Positions 18,659 to 27,531 of a stretch of 64,000 bases of DNA are shown one piece after another (the first letter of the stretch is position 1; every line of letters starts with the position of its first letter). This stretch comes from an uncultured bacterium (GTDB lineage: Bacteria > Krumholzibacteriota > Krumholzibacteriia > LZORAL124-64-63): positions 192,001-256,000 of the forward strand of contig CAVSZB010000003.1 in NCBI GenBank assembly GCA_963732385.1, given 5' to 3'. The position numbers were made by a program, and so were the translations under genes. The notes under the pieces are model-generated. The model saw only the letters and a program-made list of their open reading frames with translations. It made no database searches and was not told the DNA's origin.

Positions 18659-18968
18659 GAGTCGGCGGGAAGCCGTCAGGGCGGACATGGCTCGGGGAGG
18701 GCGGTGCATGACCTGGCGCCGCCCTGACCGTCTCGGGTCGTATCGACCTGCCAGGGGGCCGCGGATTTCAGCAGGTACTTGCAGGACCAGCGTGTAGCCA
18801 GTCTGAGCCGGCGCCACGCGATTGACGCCAGGCTTCCGGCGATGCTAGCATTCGGCAGCCAGACGGGAAAAAGGGGAATATGCGGTTGGACAGCCCGTTT
18901 CCTGTCGTATGGCATTGCCTGAACGCAGGCTCCGTGGAGCCTGGCGAGCAGGTTATCGGAGGCTTCCG

Positions 18969-20564
18969 GTGGTGAGGGTTTTCGTCCACAAGGAAGCGTA
19001 CTTCGATTCCGTGGTGCTGATGCTCCTCGGCCGGGAACTCAAGGGCCTGCCCGGGGTCACGGATGCCGCGGTGGCCATGGGCACCCCGATGAATCTCGCC
19101 CTGCTGACGTCCATGGGCTGCGCCGCTGGTGACCTCGCGGGGGTCGGGCCTAACGATCTCGTGATCGCTGTGGATTGCGCGGATCCTGCGCTGCTGGAGG
19201 CGGCGCTGGCGGCCGCCGAGACGGCGCTGACTCGCAGGAAAGGCTCGTCCGCGCCCGCGGGCCGGGCCGTGCGCGAGCCCTCGACGCTGGCTGGCGCGCT
19301 CGAGATGTTGCCCGGCGCCAACGTCGTGATGATCTCCATCCCCGGCGTGTACGCCGCGCGCGAGGCGCGCAAGGCGCTCGATCGCGGGCGGCATGTGATG
19401 CTCTTCTCGGACAACGTCACGCTCGATGACGAGATCGCGCTCAAGACGCACGCGCGCGAGAAGGGCCTGCTCGTGATGGGGCCCGACTGCGGTTCGGCGA
19501 TCCTGAACGGCAGGCCGCTCGGCTTCGCGAACGTCGTGCGTCGCGGACCCATTGGTGTGGTCGCCGCGTCGGGCACGGGTCTGCAGGAACTGTCCGTGCT
19601 GATCGACCGCGCGGGCTCGGGCGTCAGCCAGGCGATCGGCACCGGTGGGCGCGATCTCAGGAACGAGAGGGTCGGGGGCATCACCATGCTCATGGGCATC
19701 GAGGCGCTTGCGCGCGACGAGGCGACCAGGGTCATCGTCGTGATCTCGAAGCCGCCGGCGCCCGCGGTCGCCGCGAAGGTCGTCGCCGCGCTCGAGGCGA
19801 CGGGCAAGAGTGCGGTGGTGCATTTCATCGGCCAGGCGCGCGCGGGCGGCCCGGCGCGGTCGAACTCGCGCCTGCGACACGCGACGAACCTCGAGGAGGC
19901 CGCGGGCATGGCGGTCGCCATCGCCGGAGGGCAGAGCTACACGCCGCGCCTGTTCGCGCGGCCGGACGTCGAGATCGACGCGATCGTCGCGCGCGAGACC
20001 GCCGGTATGGCGAAGGCGCAGCGCTGGATCCGTGGCTACTTCACGGGTGGCACGCTGGCCGACGAGGCGTGGATCCTGCTGCACGCGCTCACCGGCGCGG
20101 TGTACTCGAACAACCAGACGGACCCGGCGTTCGTTCTGGCGGACCCCCGTACGTCGGTCGGGCACACGGTGGTGGATCTGGGCGACGACATGTTCACCGT
20201 CGGCCGTCCGCACCCGATGATCGACCCGGGCACGCGCACGGAGCGGATAGACGCCGAGGCCGGCGACGATTCGATCGCCGTCATGCTCGTCGACATCGTG
20301 CTCGGTTATGGTTCGCACGCCGATCCGGCGGGCGCCCTCGCGCCGTCGCTGGTCGCGGCGAAGCAGGCGGCCGCGCAACGCGGGGGGCGCCTCGCGGTGG
20401 TCGCCTCGATCACCGGCACGAACGGCGACCACCAGGGCTACGCGCGGCAGAAGGCGGTGCTCGAGGCGGCCGACGTCGTGGTAATGCCCTCGAACTTCCA
20501 GGCGTCGATGCTGGCGGTGCGCATCCTGGAGAAGGTTCTGGCGAACGCGGCCGGTGCGCGATGA
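18969..20564 (+). CDS. fdrA: FdrA/YahF (AllF)-like acyl-CoA synthetase-fold protein
   Basis: YFDSVVLM, MLFSDNV, LLVMGPDCG, VAASGTGLQE, AIGTGGRDL, DLGDDMFTVGRPHPMIDP; GTG start after GGAGG. Confidence 0.92.
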   Translation: MVRVFVHKEAYFDSVVLMLLGRELKGLPGVTDAAVAMGTPMNLALLTSMGCAAGDLAGVGPNDLVIAVDCADPALLEAALAAAETALTRRKGSSAPAGRAVREPSTLAGALEMLPGANVVMISIPGVYAAREARKALDRGRHVMLFSDNVTLDDEIALKTHAREKGLLVMGPDCGSAILNGRPLGFANVVRRGPIGVVAASGTGLQELSVLIDRAGSGVSQAIGTGGRDLRNERVGGITMLMGIEALARDEATRVIVVISKPPAPAVAAKVVAALEATGKSAVVHFIGQARAGGPARSNSRLRHATNLEEAAGMAVAIAGGQSYTPRLFARPDVEIDAIVARETAGMAKAQRWIRGYFTGGTLADEAWILLHALTGAVYSNNQTDPAFVLADPRTSVGHTVVDLGDDMFTVGRPHPMIDPGTRTERIDAEAGDDSIAVMLVDIVLGYGSHADPAGALAPSLVAAKQAAAQRGGRLAVVASITGTNGDHQGYARQKAVLEAADVVVMPSNFQASMLAVRILEKVLANAAGAR

Positions 20565-21994
20565 GCGGGCCCGACGTCCAGGCGGTCACCGATTTGTTTG
20601 CGTCCGAACTGGCGGTCATCAACCTCGGTCTGGAGGCCTTCGCGGAGAACCTGCGGGCGTGCGACACGCCCGTGGTGCAGGTGCGCTGGAAGCCGCCGGC
20701 AGGCGGTGACGCGCGCATGATCGAGGCTCTTGACCGCATCGCGAGCAACCCGCGCGTGGATGTCGATGCCGCCAACGCGCTCGCCGCGGAGCGCATCATG
20801 AAGAGCAGGCCGATGCTCATGGGTGTCGGTGTCGCGGGCGAGGTCGTGCCCGGGATGAAGCCGAACATGGTGCTTCACTCCGGTCCGCCGGTGACGTGGC
20901 AGAGGATGTGCGGCCCCCTGAAGGGCGCGGTCATCGGCGGCCTGCTCTACGAGGGCCTGGCGAATACGCGCGCCCAGGCCGAGGACCTCGCCGCTTCGGG
21001 CGCCATTGTATTCGAGCCCTGTCATCACCACGACGCGGTGGGCCCCATGGCGGGGGTGATGACGTCGCGCATGCCGGTGTGGATCCTCGGGAACGCCACG
21101 TACGGCAACCGCGCCTACTGCACGTTCAACGAGGGGCTTGGCAAGGTCCTGCGGTACGGTGCGTTTTCCGGCGAAGTGCTCGAGCGGTTGCGCTGGCTGG
21201 AGACCGATCTCGCACCAGTTCTGAGCAAGGCGCTGGAACTCCACGGGCCGATCGACATGCGCAGCCTTATCGCGCAGGCGCTGCAGATGGGGGATGAAGG
21301 GCATAACCGCAATCGCGCCGGCACTTCGCTGTTGATCCGCGAGCTCGCGTCCTTCCTGGTGCAGGTGGACGAGCCGAAGGAGCGTATTGCGAAGGTCCTC
21401 TTATTCATGCATGAGAACGACCATTTCTTCCTCAACCTCACGATGCCTTCCGCCAAGTGCGCGGTGGACGCGGCGCGGGGCATCGAGGGCAGCTCCGTCA
21501 TCACGACCATGGCGCGCAACGGCACCGACTTCGGCATTCGCCTCTCCGGCCTGGGGGAGCGCTGGTTCACCGGTCCGGCGGGGATGGTCGACGGGCTCTA
21601 CCTGCCGGGCTTCGGTCCGCAGGACGCCGCGCCGGACATCGGCGACTCGGTGATCACCGAGACCGCGGGCATCGGCGGATTCGCGATGGCCGCTGCGCCC
21701 GCGATCGTGAAGTTCATCGGCGGCAAACCGGCGGATGCGATCGACTTCACGCTGAGCATGTACGAGATCACAGTAGCGGAAAACAACGCCTATCAGATTC
21801 CGGTTCTCGATTTCCGCGGCACGCCCACGGGCATCGACGTCCGCAAGGTCGTCGAATCGGGGATCCTCCCGGTAATCAATACGGGAATCGCCCATCGAGA
21901 GCCGGGGATCGGCATGGTGGGCGCGGGGCTCGTCAAGCCCCCCAGGAACTGTTTCGAGGACGCGTTGCTGGCGTTCGCGGCGGCAATCGCCTGA
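20561..21994 (+). CDS. ylbE: DUF1116 (YlbE/YahG, AllG)-family protein
   Basis: LHSGPP, PCHHHDAVGPMAG, NEGLGKVLRYGA, MGDEGHNRN, NDHFFLNL, DIGDSVITET, INTGIAH; start overlaps the fdrA stop (ATGA). Confidence 0.92.
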   Translation: MSGPDVQAVTDLFASELAVINLGLEAFAENLRACDTPVVQVRWKPPAGGDARMIEALDRIASNPRVDVDAANALAAERIMKSRPMLMGVGVAGEVVPGMKPNMVLHSGPPVTWQRMCGPLKGAVIGGLLYEGLANTRAQAEDLAASGAIVFEPCHHHDAVGPMAGVMTSRMPVWILGNATYGNRAYCTFNEGLGKVLRYGAFSGEVLERLRWLETDLAPVLSKALELHGPIDMRSLIAQALQMGDEGHNRNRAGTSLLIRELASFLVQVDEPKERIAKVLLFMHENDHFFLNLTMPSAKCAVDAARGIEGSSVITTMARNGTDFGIRLSGLGERWFTGPAGMVDGLYLPGFGPQDAAPDIGDSVITETAGIGGFAMAAAPAIVKFIGGKPADAIDFTLSMYEITVAENNAYQIPVLDFRGTPTGIDVRKVVESGILPVINTGIAHREPGIGMVGAGLVKPPRNCFEDALLAFAAAIA

Positions 21995-22022
21995 ACGGGA
22001 AACACGGTCCAGGAGACGCACC

Positions 22023-22901
22023 ATGAAGATGATCGATTTGACCATTCCGCTCGGCATCGGCACCCCGCCGTGGCCGACGTACACGCCGCTGCAGGTCCAG
22101 TACTTCAAGCGCCTCGCTCCCCACGGCGCCAATGGACAGGTGGTGACGCACTCGAACCATGTCGGCACCCATCTCGACGGCGAGATCCACTTCCACTCGC
22201 CGGGCAAGGACATCGCAAGTCTCGACATGGATTTCCTGGTCCACGATGGCGCGATCGTCGATCTCTCGGACGTCTGCGGCGACTATGACGTGTACACGTC
22301 GAAGATGGTCGAGGAGCGCGTCGAGGTCTTGCCGGGCGACATCCTTCTCATCCACACCGGTTTCCATCACTACGGCTGGGATCAGCCGACCGCGGACGAG
22401 GTCCGCTACATGGTCAGGCACCCGGGTCCGGATCGGGAGTTCGCCGTCTGGGCCAAGAAGAAGAAGCTGCGCTGGATCGGCGTGGACTGCGGCAGCGCCG
22501 ACCATCCGATGAACACCAAGATCCGCGAATGGATGCCTGTCCAGGCCAGGGAGTGCGACGAGCACTTTCGCGCCAGATACAAGCGGGGCCTGGAAGAGGT
22601 GTTCACTCCGGACAAGTACCAGTTGATGCACCTGGAGATGTTCCACAAGGGCCTGATCCATGCCGAGTGCGTCGGCGGCGACATCGACCTGCTGCTGAAC
22701 CAGAGGGCGCTCATCGGCTGCTTCCCGTGGCGGTTCGTCGACGGCGAGTCGAGCATCGCCCGCATCGTCGCCATGGTTGAAGACGCACGCTACGCCAGGC
22801 TCATGGCCAAAAAGAAGAAAGCCAGGCTCACGAAGTTCGGCGACGTCGCGGGCGCCCGGAATCCGTGGCTCCACGACGAGGCGAAGAAGAAACGGAAGTA
22901 A
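22023..22901 (+). CDS. Cyclase-family (kynurenine formamidase-like) metal-dependent amidohydrolase
   Basis: IDLTIPL, HVGTHLDG (HxGTHxD), GDILLIHTG, IGVDCGSAD. Confidence 0.9.
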   Translation: MKMIDLTIPLGIGTPPWPTYTPLQVQYFKRLAPHGANGQVVTHSNHVGTHLDGEIHFHSPGKDIASLDMDFLVHDGAIVDLSDVCGDYDVYTSKMVEERVEVLPGDILLIHTGFHHYGWDQPTADEVRYMVRHPGPDREFAVWAKKKKLRWIGVDCGSADHPMNTKIREWMPVQARECDEHFRARYKRGLEEVFTPDKYQLMHLEMFHKGLIHAECVGGDIDLLLNQRALIGCFPWRFVDGESSIARIVAMVEDARYARLMAKKKKARLTKFGDVAGARNPWLHDEAKKKRK

Positions 22902-22974
22902 GGCGGGCCCGCGAACGCCCGGAAACCTGCCGGCCGACAAGCGCCGGCGTCATTGACCGGAATGGAGAAGCACG

Positions 22975-23667
22975 ATGGCGATCGACCAGCTGGAAATGAA
23001 ACTCCGGCCCCCGGCAGCGAAGCTGGCGCCGTACCCCGCGAAGCTGATCACTCTCGCCTCAGGGGAGAAGATGGTCGTGCGCGAGGCGCGTCGCGAAGAC
23101 ACCGGCGCCCTGCTGGGCACCGTGTACCCGTTGCTTGCGGTAGCGAAGGACTACTACGACATCGTCGCCGCCCGCATGTACAGCGAGATTCTCGGCTGGT
23201 TTCGCTATCGGGTCGCCAACGAATTCATCATCGTCGGAGCCATCGATGGCATCATCGCGGGCATTGTCACGAGCCGTCACGTCAAAGAAGGGCTCGGCAT
23301 GAGCCTGCACACGCTTACCATCAAGCGCGGCCTGCGCGTCGGCGCCCAGCTCTTCGCGGCCAAGATGGAGCATCATATCGAATATCTGGACGAGAACGAG
23401 GTGCACATCGTCGCGGAGAGCCCGATCGGCTTCAAGCGCTGGATGATCGAGTACGAACTCGAGGACCGTTCCGCCCAGTACCCGGAACTGCGCCACGAAC
23501 TCGGCGGCGTGCCCACGTTCACGCTCACGCGCAAGCTGTGGGAAGCGGTCAGGCCGGCGAAGTGCACGGGCACGCGGCCCGTGCCGGCCGAGCTTCTGAA
23601 GACTGCGGAAAAGCTCATCATGCCCGATGAGTACGTGCAGCTTCCCGGCTGGAAGCGGGGCGACTGA
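22975..23667 (+). CDS. Putative GNAT-fold acyltransferase
   Basis: VVREARRED...IVGAIDGIIAG...KRGLRVGAQLF resembles GNAT motif A; co-oriented within the operon. Confidence 0.6.
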   Translation: MAIDQLEMKLRPPAAKLAPYPAKLITLASGEKMVVREARREDTGALLGTVYPLLAVAKDYYDIVAARMYSEILGWFRYRVANEFIIVGAIDGIIAGIVTSRHVKEGLGMSLHTLTIKRGLRVGAQLFAAKMEHHIEYLDENEVHIVAESPIGFKRWMIEYELEDRSAQYPELRHELGGVPTFTLTRKLWEAVRPAKCTGTRPVPAELLKTAEKLIMPDEYVQLPGWKRGD

Positions 23668-24866
23668 TGGCGCCTCGTATCGGAATCGTCGGCATCGGAC
23701 ATTGCCGGTTCGGCAATTCGAGCGAGTACGATCTCGTGGACGTGATCGCGTATTCGGCGAACGACGCCTTCCGCGACGCGGGCGGTCTTCACTTGCGCAA
23801 GCAGGTCGACCAGGTCCTCGTCGGCAACATGGCGGCGGGCCTGTTCAACCACCAGACCTCCGTGGCCTCCGCGCTGGTCAGCCGGATGGATATGGAACCG
23901 TGTCCGGCCGAACTTGTCGAGAACGGTCCAGCCTCGGGTGCGAGCGCGATACGTTTGGGGTACATGGCGATCGCCTCGGGCATGGCCGACGTCGTCCTGG
24001 TGGCGGCGGGTGAGGTCATGCGGACGGTGTCGGGCTGGGAGGCCACGAACATCGTGGCCACCATGGCGCACACCGAGGCCGAGTACAACATGGGTCTTAC
24101 GCTGCCTGGTTTCGCCGGGATGTTCACGCGGTTGTACATGCAGAAGTACGGCATGACCGAGCGCGATCTCGCCCTGGTGGCGGTGAAGGACCACGCGAAC
24201 GGCGCGAAGAACATCTATGCGCATGTCCAGATCCCCGTCACGATCGAGGCGATCGCCGATGGCGAGAACGCAAGCGTGGTGAACAACTACGTCGCCGAGC
24301 CGCTGCGCATGTATTCGACCTGCCCGATCAGCGACGGCTCCGCGGCGGTGATCCTGGTCAACATGGACTCGCCCAAGGTGGATCTCTTCAGGAACAAGCC
24401 CATCCGGATCGCGGGGATCGCTTCAGCGACCGATACCCACTGCGTACACAATCGCAAGGATCCGCTCGTACTCGACGCCGTCCGCTTGTCGGCGGAAAAA
24501 GCGTATGCCATGGCGGGCGTGACGCCGCAGGACATCTCTCTGGCCGAGCTGCACGATGCGTTCGTGATCTTCGAGCTTCTCAACAGCGAGGAAGTCGGCT
24601 TCTTCGAGCGCGGCAAGTCGTTTCTCGGCGTGCGCAACGGCGAGACCGAAATCGGCGGCCGGATCCCGATCAACACCTCGGGCGGCCTCAAGGCCAAAGG
24701 GCACCCCGTGGGCGCCACCGGCGTATCTCAGGTCGTGGAACTCGTCCGGCAGCTGCGCGGCGAGGCCGAAGAAGGGCGCCAGGTCAAGGACCCAAAATTC
24801 GGCCTGGCGGTCAATTTCGGCGGTTTTGGCAACAATGTCGTAACCACGATCCTGGCGAAGGACTAG
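23667..24866 (+). CDS. SCP2/archaeal-type thiolase-fold protein lacking the canonical nucleophilic Cys
   Basis: CPISDGSAA, AELHDAF, INTSGGLKAKGHPVGATG, NFGG; the usual ExACASG reads ENGPASG. Confidence 0.88.
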   Translation: MAPRIGIVGIGHCRFGNSSEYDLVDVIAYSANDAFRDAGGLHLRKQVDQVLVGNMAAGLFNHQTSVASALVSRMDMEPCPAELVENGPASGASAIRLGYMAIASGMADVVLVAAGEVMRTVSGWEATNIVATMAHTEAEYNMGLTLPGFAGMFTRLYMQKYGMTERDLALVAVKDHANGAKNIYAHVQIPVTIEAIADGENASVVNNYVAEPLRMYSTCPISDGSAAVILVNMDSPKVDLFRNKPIRIAGIASATDTHCVHNRKDPLVLDAVRLSAEKAYAMAGVTPQDISLAELHDAFVIFELLNSEEVGFFERGKSFLGVRNGETEIGGRIPINTSGGLKAKGHPVGATGVSQVVELVRQLRGEAEEGRQVKDPKFGLAVNFGGFGNNVVTTILAKD

Positions 24867-24876
24867 GGAGCCACTG

Positions 24877-25260
24877 ATGATCGATTTCAGCATTTACGGC
24901 GAGCAGACGCCCCACATCAGCGGCTACCGGTGCCTGAAGTGCGGCTCGATCTATTACCCTGCGCCCATGGTGTGCAGGAAGTGCGACGCCCCCCGCGACC
25001 CCTCCACGGGGCGCCATTGGGAGCCCTTCGATCTCGAAGGACCGTGCACCCTGCTTACCTGGACACGGGTGTGGAATCTGCCCGAGGGCTTCAACGTGAA
25101 GTTCCTGATGTTCGCCATGGTGGAGTTCCCGAACGGCCTGCGCGCTTCAGGGCGTCTCGAATGCGAAGGAGACCCGGTTATCGGGGCGAAGCTCGATGCG
25201 AGGGTGATCGAGGCTGACGAACGCCCCGGCCCGGCGGTGAAGGTGTTCGTTTTCAGTTGA
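24877..25260 (+). CDS. DUF35 Zn-ribbon/OB-fold protein (thiolase partner)
   Basis: GYRCLKCGSIYYPAPMVCRKC followed by an OB-fold-like segment; adjacent to the thiolase. Confidence 0.85.
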   Translation: MIDFSIYGEQTPHISGYRCLKCGSIYYPAPMVCRKCDAPRDPSTGRHWEPFDLEGPCTLLTWTRVWNLPEGFNVKFLMFAMVEFPNGLRASGRLECEGDPVIGAKLDARVIEADERPGPAVKVFVFS

Positions 25261-25291
25261 GACGGGATTCCCGTGAAGGAAGCCCTGATCC

Positions 25292-26224
25292 GTGCATCAC
25301 GTGTCCCTCATAACAACGCGGCGGACCGCGGTCGCGATCGGCTCCGAAGTCCCGGTCGGGGGCTTCGATTTTCGCGTCCACAGCCTGTTCGGCCCGGCGA
25401 TGAATCTGGCGGTTCCGGGACGCCGCGGCCTCATCACGCTCGTCGGTGCAGACGCCGACGATTACCCTCAGGGCATCCGGCTCGCGACGCACGAACGCTT
25501 CGATGCGTGGCCTGTGTCCGCCGGAACGCGCGGTCATCGCGAGGGCGACACGCTGGTGTTCGAAGGCCAGGACGGCGATGATAACCCCGTTGTCGATCTC
25601 TCGGTCGCCGTCAGGGCGACGCGCCGGGCGCCGCCGCGCATCGACCCGGGCGCCAAGACGTCACGCGAAACCTGGGTGGTCTGCGCCCGCCATCTCGACG
25701 CGCTGCAGGAGGAGAAGCGGACGGACCTGCGGCTGGCGGCGCTCTGCGGCGGATCATCCCCGCCTACGCGCCTGGGTGCGCGGCTGGCCGGGGAGGCGCG
25801 CAGGCTGGCGAGCGGTTTGCGCGCGAAGAACGCGGACCTGGCTGGCGGCGCCGCGGCCGGCATGATGGGTCTTGGCGCGGGGCTGACCCCCGCGGGAGAC
25901 GATTTCCTGTGCGGGCTCCTCGCCGCGCTCTGGTGCGCGAGCGGAGAGGGCAGCCAGGAGCGCGGTTTCATGGTCGAGTGGGGCGGGACTCTCGCGGCCC
26001 GGCTGGGGGCGACGACCGTGATCAGCGCGACCTGTCTGGAGTGCGCGATCGCCGGATGTTTCTCCGGAGCGGTGTCCGCGCTCGCCGCCGCCTTCGCCGG
26101 CGATCATGCGCACGAAGGCGCGCGCGCGGCACTGGACGACCTGTGCGCGCATGGTCACAGTTCAGGGATGGATACCGCGACCGGATTCCTGTTCGGACTC
26201 CGGCTCCGGGCCACCGAGGAATGA
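25292..26224 (+). CDS. ylbF: DUF2877 (YlbF/AllH)-family protein
   Basis: MGLGAGLTPAGDDFLCG, TTVISA and GHSSGMDTATG signatures. Confidence 0.85.
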   Translation: MHHVSLITTRRTAVAIGSEVPVGGFDFRVHSLFGPAMNLAVPGRRGLITLVGADADDYPQGIRLATHERFDAWPVSAGTRGHREGDTLVFEGQDGDDNPVVDLSVAVRATRRAPPRIDPGAKTSRETWVVCARHLDALQEEKRTDLRLAALCGGSSPPTRLGARLAGEARRLASGLRAKNADLAGGAAAGMMGLGAGLTPAGDDFLCGLLAALWCASGEGSQERGFMVEWGGTLAARLGATTVISATCLECAIAGCFSGAVSALAAAFAGDHAHEGARAALDDLCAHGHSSGMDTATGFLFGLRLRATEE

Positions 26225-26230
26225 GGCGAT

Positions 26231-27046
26231 ATGCTCCACAGCTTTGAATACCGGGCGCCACGGCAGCGCGCCGAGCTCCTCGGGCTCCTCGCCGACCACG
26301 GCGGGGCGGCCAGGCTGCTGGCCGGAGGCACCGATCTGCTCGTCAACATCCGCGCCGGTTCCGTTTCGCCGGCGCTGGTGCTCGATGTCAAGCGCGTGGC
26401 GGGCTATGGCGAGATGTCGTGGAGCGAGGCGGAAGGTCTCGTGATCCGGCCCGCGACGACGATCAACGACATCCTGCGCGATTCGCGAATCCATGAGGAC
26501 TATCCGCTGCTCGTTTCGTGCGCGCGCGACCTCGCGTCCTACCAGATACGCAATCGCGCGACGGTGATCGGCAACATAGTCAACGCGTCGCCGTGCGCCG
26601 ATATGGCGCCGGCCCTGCTGTGCCTGGACGCGTACGCGGTGATCGCCTCGATGAAGGGTGAGCGCGTGGTTCCGCTTCGCGAGTTCTTCACCGGCGTCCG
26701 GCGCACCGTGCTCGCGACCGGTGAAATCATCGACCGCGTCGTGGTGCCCGCCGCGGCCGCCGGCGCTCGCGGCGCATACCGGAAGCTCAAGCGCATCAAT
26801 GGCCACGACCTCGGCATTGTCGGAGTGGCCGTCCACAAGCAGTCCGGAGCAATGCGGCTCGCCATCAGCTCGGCGGCGCCAACGCCCGTGCTCGTGGACG
26901 GGCTCGCGGAGTCCGCGCCCGCCGATACGGTCGTCGCGGCCGTCCGCGAGGCGATCAGCCCCATCAGCGACCTGCGCTGCACGAAGGAGTATCGCGAACA
27001 CATGGTTGAGGTCTTCGTTCGTCGGCTGTTGCTGGAGGTGAAGTAA
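26231..27046 (+). CDS. Xanthine dehydrogenase-family FAD-binding subunit
   Basis: LLAGGTDL, QIRNRATVIGNIVNASPCAD, SPISDLR. Confidence 0.92.
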   Translation: MLHSFEYRAPRQRAELLGLLADHGGAARLLAGGTDLLVNIRAGSVSPALVLDVKRVAGYGEMSWSEAEGLVIRPATTINDILRDSRIHEDYPLLVSCARDLASYQIRNRATVIGNIVNASPCADMAPALLCLDAYAVIASMKGERVVPLREFFTGVRRTVLATGEIIDRVVVPAAAAGARGAYRKLKRINGHDLGIVGVAVHKQSGAMRLAISSAAPTPVLVDGLAESAPADTVVAAVREAISPISDLRCTKEYREHMVEVFVRRLLLEVK

Positions 27047-27531
27047 TGAAGATCTCGGTCACGGTCAACGGACAGGCTTACGAGCGCGAGATAGTGGGAC
27101 ACCGCACGCTGCTGCATTTCCTGCGTGAGGATGTCGGGCTGACGGGCGCCAGGGAGGGCTGCGGCGCCGGCGAGTGTGGCGCCTGCACCGTACTGCTCGA
27201 CGGGCTCGCCGTGAACGCATGCATGATCCTCGCCGTCGAAGCCGACGGGCGCAGGATCGAGACGATCGAAGGCGAGGCGAAGGACGGGCGGCTCTCGGCG
27301 ATCCAGGAGGCGTTCAGCCGCAATCACGCCGTGCAGTGCGGCTTCTGCACCGGCGGCATGATCATGTCTGTACGCGAACTGCTGGCGCGCAACCCGAAAC
27401 CCACGATTGCCGAGATCAAGGCGGGCATCGAGGGCAACTTCTGCCGTTGCACCGGTTACCAGCAGATCATCGAGGCCGTGCTTGACGCGTCCGGTCAGCT
27501 CACGGAAAAGGGCGGGGTGAAGTATGCATGA
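27046..27531 (+). CDS. Xanthine dehydrogenase-family 2Fe-2S subunit
   Basis: GCGAGECGACTV, QCGFCTGG, GNFCRCTGY. Confidence 0.95.
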   Translation: MKISVTVNGQAYEREIVGHRTLLHFLREDVGLTGAREGCGAGECGACTVLLDGLAVNACMILAVEADGRRIETIEGEAKDGRLSAIQEAFSRNHAVQCGFCTGGMIMSVRELLARNPKPTIAEIKAGIEGNFCRCTGYQQIIEAVLDASGQLTEKGGVKYA

